The notes beneath the pieces are model-generated. The model saw only the letters and a program-made list of their open reading frames with translations. It ran no database searches and was not told where the DNA came from. Positions 7,188 through 13,190 of a stretch of DNA of 64,000 nucleotides are shown piece by piece. A program made the position numbers and the translations under genes. Location of the stretch: the sequence record ON000910.1. One strand, written 5' to 3'. How positions within the stretch are numbered: the stretch's first letter is position 1; every line of letters starts with the position of its first letter.

Positions 7188-7212
7188 GAGGACGCAAATA
7201 GCGTCCTTTTTT
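7188..7212 (+). terminator. Rho-independent terminator
   Basis: GGACGC-AAATA-GCGTCC followed by T7. Confidence 0.8.
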
Positions 7213-7290
7213 TATGGGCGCAATAAAAGTCAAAAATTTTGTTTAACGTACTTTGATTACAGAGTATGATAAACAAAGTTAAAGAACAAA

Positions 7291-7364
7291 CGGGACGTGG
7301 CGTAAAGGTAGCGTTCATGCTTTGGGAGCATGTGGTAAGAGTTCGAGTCTCTTCGTCCCGACCA
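7291..7364 (+). tRNA. tRNA-Pro(TGG)
   Basis: Cloverleaf, loop TTTGGGA, ACCA. Confidence 0.9.
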
Positions 7365-7373
7365 ATTTAAAAT

Positions 7374-7450
7374 CCGTGACTAGCTCAATCTGGTAGAGTA
7401 CTCCGTTTGGGGCGGAGAAGTTAAGCGTTCGAATCGCTTGTCACGGACCA
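7374..7450 (+). tRNA. tRNA-Pro(TGG)
   Basis: Cloverleaf, loop TTTGGGG, ACCA. Confidence 0.9.
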
Positions 7451-7458
7451 GTTTTAAT

Positions 7459-7534
7459 GCCCGATTAGCTCAATTGGAAGAGCAGCGTCCTACGAAGGCG
7501 AAGGTTACAAGTTCGAATCTTGTATTGGGTGCCA
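7459..7534 (+). tRNA. tRNA-Arg(ACG)
   Basis: Cloverleaf, loop CTACGAA, GCCA. Confidence 0.9.
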
Positions 7535-7740
7535 GTTAGTGTTGTTTGATTGAAGCTCGTTTTCGCACATTCCCGAAACTGCTTCTACGATTTGATACGC
7601 TTAGGACCGTATCTCGTTAAGTACTGTCGAGATGATAGAATTTAGCGAACTTTTTCATAAATTAGTGTTTATGATGTCTTGAGCGAGTGTTAATATTAAC
7701 ACATAGAAAATGAAAACGTTAAGTTCTTCAAAATAAATTC

Positions 7741-7868
7741 AAAAAGATGTTTACAATGACGAAAACATCATGTACAATAGAGAAAAGCGAAATATCATTC
7801 AAAGCTGAATGAAAAGTTTTTCAAAAAAAGATGTTTACAACGATATAAACATCATGTACAATAGAGAA
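7741..7868 (+). promoter_or_regulatory. Two tandem near-identical T4-type early promoters
   Basis: AAAAAGATGTTTACAA-N-AAACATCATGTACAATAGAGAA at ~7741 and ~7826 (GTTTAC -35, TACAAT -10). Confidence 0.8.
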
Positions 7869-7872
7869 GAAC

Positions 7873-8091
7873 ATGAATGACATAATTAAAGATGTGTCAA
7901 AGTTGACACTGAAAGAAAACGAACGTGTAGTGTTTAGAGTTGATGTCGGTGATTTACCAGCATCGAAAGCTAATCAGTATATACAAAATTTAGTCGATTT
8001 ATTGAAAGAAGCGGGAATTACTAACTCAATTGTTATTCCGTCATCAATAGAAATTTCCGTAATCGATGAAAACGAATTAATGCGCAAGTAG
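7873..8091 (+). CDS. Small protein resembling a segment of T4-type portal (VDVGDLPASKANQY)
   Basis: ORF behind tandem early promoters; similarity to recalled portal motif FYIDVGNLP..KA.QY. Confidence 0.55.
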   Translation: MNDIIKDVSKLTLKENERVVFRVDVGDLPASKANQYIQNLVDLLKEAGITNSIVIPSSIEISVIDENELMRK

Positions 8092-8159
8092 CCCAATCTG
8101 GCAGAGGCACTGGTCTTAGAAACCAGAAGTTAAGAGTTCGAATCTCTTCTTGCGTACCA
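8082..8159 (+). tRNA. tRNA-Leu(TAG), short variable loop
   Basis: Loop CTTAGAA, 5-nt variable region, ACCA. Confidence 0.85.
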
Positions 8160-8160
8160 T

Positions 8161-8235
8161 GCACCCTTAGCTTATCAGGAAAAGCGGCGGATTGAAGTCC
8201 CGCAGTGCTCGGTTCGATTCCGAGGGGGTGCACCA
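8161..8235 (+). tRNA. tRNA-Phe(GAA)
   Basis: Cloverleaf, loop TTGAAGT, one anticodon-stem mismatch, ACCA. Confidence 0.8.
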
Positions 8236-8323
8236 TATTATAGCTTGTTTGTAAGAGTTAAATCAAGCAAGGGATTTTAGTTTTGAGTTATTTAGCAAAC
8301 GCTCTTAACGTGAAAATCAAATT

Positions 8324-8398
8324 GGGTCGTTAGTATAACGGTAGTACATCTGGCTTTTAACCAGAAGGGTGAGAGTTCGAATCTCTTGCGACCCACCA
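8324..8398 (+). tRNA. tRNA-Lys(TTT)
   Basis: Loop CTTTTAA, ACCA. Confidence 0.9.
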
Positions 8399-8409
8399 GT
8401 TTTTATAAT

Positions 8410-8486
8410 GCGTCGGTAGCTCATCATGGAAGAGCAGGGAGCTTTTAACTCTCAGGTGTCTGGTTCGAGTCCAGAGCGGCGTACCA
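8410..8486 (+). tRNA. tRNA-Lys(TTT)
   Basis: Loop CTTTTAA, ACCA; G7-G66 mismatch. Confidence 0.85.
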
Positions 8487-8549
8487 AATTAGATACATTG
8501 TGTATCGCTTTGCAAGTTAGATAGCTTGCAAATCAATATACAATTTAAT

Positions 8550-8624
8550 TCTCCCGTGGACTAACGGTAGGTCATCACCCTTTCAAGGTGAAGTGCGCGA
8601 GTTCGAATCTCGTCGGGAGAACCA
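8550..8624 (+). tRNA. tRNA-Glu(TTC)
   Basis: Loop CTTTCAA, ACCA. Confidence 0.88.
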
Positions 8625-8630
8625 TATTCT

Positions 8631-8716
8631 GGAGCGTACGTCTCAAGGTGAGACAGGGGACTGTAAATCCCTGACCCTTAACGGGTAGAGAGGTTCGATT
8701 CCTCTACGCTCCACCA
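8631..8716 (+). tRNA. tRNA-Tyr(GTA)
   Basis: Loop CTGTAAA, long variable arm, ACCA. Confidence 0.9.
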
Positions 8717-8721
8717 GTTTT

Positions 8722-8809
8722 AGCTTGCATACTGCAATTTAACTTAATCTATTGATCGCTCGGCGGGCATTGCTCAGACAGCGATAAACAGACCAAAGAA
8801 CGCAAGCTG
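8722..8809 (+). ncRNA. Stand-alone GCAA-motif RNA
   Basis: A-GCTTGC-AT-ACTGCAA ... GCAAGC-TG. Confidence 0.7.
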
Positions 8810-8818
8810 TTGAATAAT

Positions 8819-8895
8819 TGCGGAGTAGAGCAGCGGTCAGCTCGCCAGTTTCATAAGCTGGAGGTCAGTGGTTCGAATCCACTCTCACGCATCCA
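8819..8895 (+). tRNA. tRNA-Met(CAT), initiator-like D arm, irregular acceptor stem
   Basis: GAGC/GCTC D stem, loop TTCATAA, extra A in 3' acceptor strand, TCCA; lacks the GGG/CCC pairs of fMet. Confidence 0.7.
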
Positions 8896-8902
8896 AACAA
8901 AT

Positions 8903-9001
8903 GGAAGGCTTAGCCGAAAGATTCTGGGTAGCGGCAACGGTCTTGAAAACCGTCGGTCACCGGGAGGTGATGTTAGGGTTCGAATCCCTAGTCTTCCGCC
9001 A
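8903..9001 (+). tRNA. tRNA-Ser(TGA)
   Basis: Loop CTTGAAA, long variable arm, GCCA; enlarged D loop. Confidence 0.88.
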
Positions 9002-9064
9002 ATTAGTTAACCGGGAAGTTTAGTCACTTAACCGATTAACAGTGCGCTGAAATGCGCACACTTT

Positions 9065-9138
9065 AGTCCCTTAGCTCAACGGTAGAGCGTGCGACCGATA
9101 ATCGCTTGGTAAGAGTTCGATTCTCTTAGGGACTACCA
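9065..9138 (+). tRNA. tRNA-Ile(GAT)
   Basis: Loop CCGATAA (C33), ACCA. Confidence 0.85.
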
Positions 9139-9144
9139 AATTTT

Positions 9145-9218
9145 AGGGGCATGATGTAAAGGCAGCATGACGGATTCCAAACCCGTTCGTTAGAGTTCGA
9201 ATCTCTATGCCCCTGCCA
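9145..9218 (+). tRNA. tRNA-Trp(CCA)
   Basis: Loop TTCCAAA, GCCA. Confidence 0.88.
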
Positions 9219-9223
9219 GTTTA

Positions 9224-9282
9224 AGTAATCTTACAGCAAACAATACAAAACTTTTATTTGGAAAAAGCAAAAAGGATTACTG
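9224..9282 (+). ncRNA. Minimal GCAA-motif RNA
   Basis: A-GTAATC-TT-ACAGCAA ... GATTAC-TG with an A-rich loop. Confidence 0.7.
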
Positions 9283-9292
9283 TTTAAATTTA

Positions 9293-9368
9293 GGATCGCT
9301 AACTCAATGGTTAGAGTGCTCGCCTGTTAAGCGAGGAGTTCCGAGTTCGAGTCTCGGGCGGTCCGCCA
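9293..9368 (+). tRNA. tRNA-Asn(GTT)
   Basis: Loop CTGTTAA, GCCA. Confidence 0.92.
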
Positions 9369-9438
9369 AATTCGGAGAGTCACTACCGTTAAGTGTGAAC
9401 TTGAAAAAAACAAAGCAACTACTTTAAGTTGTCTTTGG

Positions 9439-9514
9439 GGAGCCGAGGTGTAAAAGGTTGCATGTCTCCCTGTCACGGAGAAGGTAGCGGGTTCGAAACC
9501 CGTCGGTTCCGCCA
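9439..9514 (+). tRNA. tRNA-Asp(GTC)
   Basis: Loop CTGTCAC, GCCA. Confidence 0.9.
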
Positions 9515-9533
9515 AAGATAATTTAAGAACAAT

Positions 9534-9607
9534 TGGGGATTGGTGTAAAGGCAGCATAACGTACTTTGAATGCGTTGGTATCAGTTCGAATCTGTTATCC
9601 CCAGCCA
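9534..9607 (+). tRNA. tRNA-Gln(TTG)
   Basis: Loop CTTTGAA, T1-A72, GCCA. Confidence 0.9.
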
Positions 9608-9615
9608 AATACCAT

Positions 9616-9732
9616 AGAGTGTTTTCAGCAAACAATTTACTAATATTCTTCTGATGAAAAGAAAAGTTCGGGGTTCGATTCCTCTTCAGTGTCGGTATCA
9701 CTGGTCTGGACGACGCTAGTAATAACACTCAG
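9616..9732 (+). ncRNA. GCAA-motif RNA enclosing a T-loop module (YrlA-like layout)
   Basis: A-GAGTGT-TT-TCAGCAA ... ACACTC-AG; internal GGGG-TTCGATT-CCTC and CAGTG/CACTG hairpins. Confidence 0.72.
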
Positions 9733-9736
9733 TTAC

Positions 9737-9811
9737 GCTCCTGAAGCATTGATGGCGATGCAGCGGTCTTGTAAACCGCAGAATTCGGTTCGATTCCGAA
9801 CGGGAGCACCA
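9737..9811 (+). tRNA. tRNA-Thr(TGT)
   Basis: Loop CTTGTAA, ACCA. Confidence 0.9.
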
Positions 9812-9836
9812 TATTGATTAGAGAGTGTTATCATGA

Positions 9837-9844
9837 TATAAATA
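9837..9844 (+). promoter_or_regulatory. T4-type late promoter
   Basis: TATAAATA upstream of 9875. Confidence 0.8.
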
Positions 9845-9874
9845 TTCATGTAACTACATTTTAGAGGTAATAAC

Positions 9875-10150
9875 ATGTCTATTAAAACATTTTCTGAATA
9901 TCTTAACGAAGCAAAGCATCGTGGGTCTGGCGTAGACACTCATGACGGGAAGATTCCGTATGTATACGCTGACAGTAAAGACGCTGCTGCATTTGCTGAT
10001 TTCGTATCGTCAATAGGTATGAAGCTTGATTCGAACGGTGAATTGAAGCTTTCTACACGAGATAAAGTACGAAAGTTCTTCTCAGAGCTTGATCAAGAAG
10101 CAACTAATTTCATGCTTCATGGCAACTTTGATATTATTGAATATATGTAA
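9875..10150 (+). CDS. Putative internal head protein
   Basis: MSIKTFSEYLNE capsid-targeting-like N-terminus; late promoter; GAGG SD. Confidence 0.62.
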   Translation: MSIKTFSEYLNEAKHRGSGVDTHDGKIPYVYADSKDAAAFADFVSSIGMKLDSNGELKLSTRDKVRKFFSELDQEATNFMLHGNFDIIEYM

Positions 10151-10165
10151 AAATTGGTGATTGTA

Positions 10166-10375
10166 ATGGTATATATTTCTGTATGGTGTGAATATGACAT
10201 TGGTGGGGATTTCGGTGGCAACAATAACGAAGATGTTTTTTCCGTTAGTGAAGAATTATCTAATGAAGAAGTTGAAGCAAAAGTTGCTGAATATATTTCT
10301 GACATTGTTGGTGAGCCGATTGAAGAACTTGAAGGTTTATACGGTTGGGAATATATTTCAATCACACAGTTGTAA
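10166..10375 (+). CDS. Hypothetical acidic protein
   Basis: ORF with GGTGA SD. Confidence 0.6.
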   Translation: MVYISVWCEYDIGGDFGGNNNEDVFSVSEELSNEEVEAKVAEYISDIVGEPIEELEGLYGWEYISITQL

Positions 10376-10382
10376 AAAATAT

Positions 10383-10457
10383 GGGCCGTTAGCTTAATTG
10401 GGAAAGCGCCTCACTTGCAATGAGGAAGATAGGGTTCGACTCCCTGCGTGTCCACCA
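10383..10457 (+). tRNA. tRNA-Ala(TGC), irregular acceptor stem
   Basis: Loop CTTGCAA, G3-U70, ACCA. Confidence 0.8.
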
Positions 10458-10531
10458 AATTTCGAACACATGAGCGTAGACTCTCTTTACTACCATCGTC
10501 TACACTAGCTCATGGTTCGAAACTTTTCAAT

Positions 10532-10607
10532 GCGCTGTTAGCTCAATTGGAAGAGCACGTCCCTTCTAAGGATGGGGTTATGAGTTCGAATCTCATACGG
10601 CGTGCCA
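10532..10607 (+). tRNA. tRNA-Arg(TCT)
   Basis: Loop CTTCTAA, GCCA. Confidence 0.92.
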
Positions 10608-10670
10608 TATTAAGCTCTTATCATGTGACGAATGATACTTTGCTTCGGCATATCACGAGCATGGTGAGAG

Positions 10671-10787
10671 AGACAATATACAGCAAACAATTGAAATTAC
10701 TTAAAAGAAGTGATGATCTTAACCTGGGCTGATTTTAACCTGAGCTTGCTTGGGCGCAGCTTGAAAGGAAAGATTCTCTCTGTCTAG
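10671..10787 (+). ncRNA. GCAA-motif RNA
   Basis: A-GACAAT-AT-ACAGCAAACAATT ... TGTC-TAG (4 of 6 bp). Confidence 0.6.
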
Positions 10788-10789
10788 AA

Positions 10790-11127
10790 ATAGTCAGATA
10801 GGCGCGTCGCTGAAACAGACGATATTTGCTTATTGAGAATCAATAAGCTAGTCAACTCCGATTTATGCAAAAGACGAAAAAACACTTCGGTATTGTCTGT
10901 ACTTAATTCGTCGGAAACGACACTGTAGCCGAAAGGCAAGTTTACTAACTTAGTTGTTAGTCGTGATACAGGAAGTATCATGTGGCATTATTATGAACGT
11001 TTCTAGTCATCGTCATGTAAAACAATCAAAACTAAGCAGAGGTAACAGTACCCACTATGTGGTTCCTCACTCAGACCATGAATATATGGTGTCAGCCAGT
11101 GTGCGATTAAATGAGTAATTACTGCAA
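10790..11127 (+). ncRNA. Candidate ~340-nt structured RNA with GAAA tetraloops, ending in a permuted GCAA motif
   Basis: GTCG-GAAA-CGAC, GCC-GAAA-GGC, GCTTATTG/CAATAAGC, TGATAC/GTATCA; TCACTC-AG ... GAGTAA-TT-ACTGCAA. Confidence 0.5.
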
Positions 11128-11129
11128 TT

Positions 11130-11205
11130 GGTGACGTAGCTCAAGTGGCAGAGCCACGCTTTCATACGGCGTAAGATCCGATTTCGAGTATCGGTGTCAC
11201 CTCCA
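11130..11205 (+). tRNA. tRNA-Met(CAT)
   Basis: Loop TTCATAC, TCCA end. Confidence 0.82.
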
Positions 11206-11230
11206 AATTCAAACAAAGAGGTTAAGAAGC

Positions 11231-11388
11231 ATGACTACTTTACACTAAGCAAGGGCAACATACGCGATAAGATTCGCTGTGTTGAAAATCGTCTCGCAGA
11301 AGAGACCAACCCGTTCTTTATAAGAACACTTACTGTAGAGCTTACGAATCTACGTGCAATACGTGATTTGTTCGACGCTTCAGATTAA
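11231..11388 (+). pseudogene. Frameshifted small ORF
   Basis: SD AGAGG and ATG ACT ACT TTA CAC TAA; inserting one T joins it to the open frame TLSKGNIRDK...DASD*. Confidence 0.45.
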
Positions 11389-11392
11389 CAAT

Positions 11393-11466
11393 GCGGGTAT
11401 GATGTAATGGTAGCATGACGTCCTTCCAAGTCGTTCGTCTCGGTTCGAGTCCGTGTACCCGCTCCA
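11393..11466 (+). tRNA. tRNA-Gly(TCC)
   Basis: Loop CTTCCAA, U73, TCCA. Confidence 0.9.
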
Positions 11467-11472
11467 AATTTT

Positions 11473-11546
11473 GGTCCCTTAGTATAATGGCAGTACGTCT
11501 CTTTTACACAGAGAAAGAAGTGGCTCGATTCCACTAGGGACTACCA
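11473..11546 (+). tRNA. tRNA-Val(TAC)
   Basis: Loop TTTACAC, T loop CTCGATT (C54), ACCA. Confidence 0.85.
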
Positions 11547-11569
11547 TTCTTTATGATGAGAAATAAATT

Positions 11570-11809
11570 ATGACGCCTGCATTACTTGAAACTCATGAAT
11601 ACGTAAACCACAACCAAATCGAAAAGCTACAGCAAATGGACAGACTTATGTTTGATTGTTGGCGTGCTGGGTATAAACGTGGCAAGATTTTAGAGCTTGC
11701 ATTGTCGATTGAGTCTTCAACAACCGAAGCAGACATCGAAATTTATTTCAAAAATATGTTTACAAGAGAACTATCGGCTGATAGTATCTACTTAAAGAAA
11801 ACTGTATGA
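11570..11809 (+). CDS. Hypothetical protein
   Basis: ORF between tRNAs with GAG SD. Confidence 0.6.
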   Translation: MTPALLETHEYVNHNQIEKLQQMDRLMFDCWRAGYKRGKILELALSIESSTTEADIEIYFKNMFTRELSADSIYLKKTV

Positions 11810-11961
11810 CGGAGTAGTGCTCCGACCGAATGACACACGCAAATGAGTCCGGTTGACAAACGTTATATGTCCCAAAGTATTGCAGGTAGCGACGGCGGTG
11901 TTGCTAGTAGATTTATCTATTTCTCCAAGACATAATGCAAGCTTTTAAAGTGTACTTTGGT

Positions 11962-12038
11962 GTGGCAGTGGGTGAAGTGGAAATACCCCCGGGTTGTGAT
12001 TCCGGAAGATGCGGGTTCGATCCCCGTCTGTCACCCCA
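11962..12038 (+). tRNA. tRNA-His(GTG)
   Basis: Loop TTGTGAT, C73, CCA; encoded -1 base is T, not G. Confidence 0.85.
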
Positions 12039-12050
12039 AAGTACATTTAT

Positions 12051-12124
12051 GCTCGAATCGTATAATGGCAGTATGACGGATTGCAAATCCGCAGGTCAGG
12101 GTTCGATTCCCTGTTCGAGCTCCA
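12051..12124 (+). tRNA. tRNA-Cys(GCA)
   Basis: Loop TTGCAAA, U73, TCCA. Confidence 0.9.
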
Positions 12125-12332
12125 GAAAAGACGATGCACAAGTTGGATGTGCAAAGGGGTCGGTTATGGTTCAACGCTTTATGCGTATAGGGTTAATCGC
12201 CTAGAACTGAGCATGTTTGAGTTGCTACTCACGAATGTAGTGATGAGTGCGTAAGAAGCCCGTAGCTAGTATAATGAGTTGATAACTCGGCAGCCTAGCA
12301 GTGTCGCCAACATCGACATAACGACACATAAT

Positions 12333-12409
12333 GCGCACGTGGTCCAATTGGCAGAGGCATGAGGCTTAAAATCTCAGGGATGGCGGTTCGAATCCGCCCG
12401 TGCGTACCA
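12333..12409 (+). tRNA. tRNA-Leu(TAA), short variable loop
   Basis: Loop CTTAAAA, 5-nt variable region, ACCA. Confidence 0.85.
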
Positions 12410-12524
12410 AATTCTAGCATAAGCCGCATTCTAACGAAGCTAGACTACCGCCGTTGAAAAACGGTCTCAGCCGAGCGAAAGCTGACAGGCGTTAGGGATT
12501 AAAGAGTTGCGGCAGCTTATTCAA

Positions 12525-12601
12525 GCCCAACTAGTCCAATTGGCAGAGGCGCTAGTTTCAAACACTAGATGATCCGAGTTCGAATCTCGGGTTGGGCACC
12601 A
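12525..12601 (+). tRNA. tRNA-Leu(CAA), short variable loop
   Basis: Loop TTCAAAC, 5-nt variable region, ACCA. Confidence 0.85.
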
Positions 12602-12697
12602 AATTCACTTAGCAACGCGAATCGAAAGAGAGTGGATAGACCTGCTAAGAGTCCCGCTAGGTCTTTAAATTATCTAAAGTGGATCTGCGAAGCGCGT

Positions 12698-12732
12698 GGC
12701 ACACGTCAGCAATAAGAGCAAATATGTGTCTG
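12698..12732 (+). ncRNA. Minimal GCAA-motif hairpin
   Basis: GGCACA-CG-TCAGCAA ... TGTGTC-TG. Confidence 0.6.
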
Positions 12733-12769
12733 AGCATGAGAGCAGCATGCCACTAATTGATGAGACGTT

Positions 12770-12858
12770 GGAAGCATGGTCTAAAGGTATGACAGCACCC
12801 TGCTAAGGTGTCGGACGTTAATAGCGTTCTCTGGGTTCGACTCCCAGTGCTTCCGCCA
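12770..12858 (+). tRNA. tRNA-Ser(GCT)
   Basis: Loop CTGCTAA, long variable arm, GCCA. Confidence 0.9.
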
Positions 12859-12863
12859 AATTC

Positions 12864-13122
12864 GCAATAAGACATTGTACAGCAATCATTACAAATCAAA
12901 GCAAACTTTAATAGTAATGAGGCGCACTAGCTGCTTTCTCAGTGATGACGTGAGCCTGTCGCATTCTCGTGGTAGGAAATGACCATTAAGACGGTGTTCG
13001 TACTGTCAAACGAAATAGGACTCATGCCGAATCATGGGTATTTTTCCGATGAGAAACATCGTTATAGTCAATTGAGATTTAAGGAAAGACGATAAAACAC
13101 TTCTTGAATGTCTGTGTATTGC
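12864..13122 (+). ncRNA. ~255-nt GCAA-motif RNA, last in the cluster
   Basis: GCAATA-A-GACATT-GT-ACAGCAA ... AATGTC-TG-TG-TATTGC; internal CATTAC/GTAATG, GACGGTG-TTCG-TACTGTC, CGATG/CATCG. Confidence 0.72.
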
Positions 13123-13123
13123 A

Positions 13124-13190
13124 CAAAAAAACCTGCCGTGAGCAGGTTTTTTTGTTTCTTCAAAATAAAAAGAGCCTTTCGGCTCTTTTA
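13124..13190. terminator. Two convergent terminators ending the tRNA operon and the - strand gene
   Basis: AAAAAAACCTGC-CGTGA-GCAGGTTTTTTT and AAAAAGAGCC-TTTC-GGCTCTTTT. Confidence 0.85.

Noticed and set aside
7535-7735. ORF or ncRNA in the 200-nt gap after tRNA-Arg
   Set aside because: Only a 13-codon - strand ORF and two small hairpins; not enough support.
8284-8305. GAGTTA-TT-TAGCAAA as a motif copy
   Set aside because: The core lacks the conserved C and the partner strand is unconvincing.
11624-11636. CTACAGCAAA inside ORF 11570
   Set aside because: No flanking 6-bp helix; chance match in coding sequence.
8810-12204. Track ORFs 8810-9010, 9327-9728, 9733-9939, 10448-10732, 11935-12204
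   Set aside because: They overlap tRNA genes, whose conserved sequence explains the open frames.
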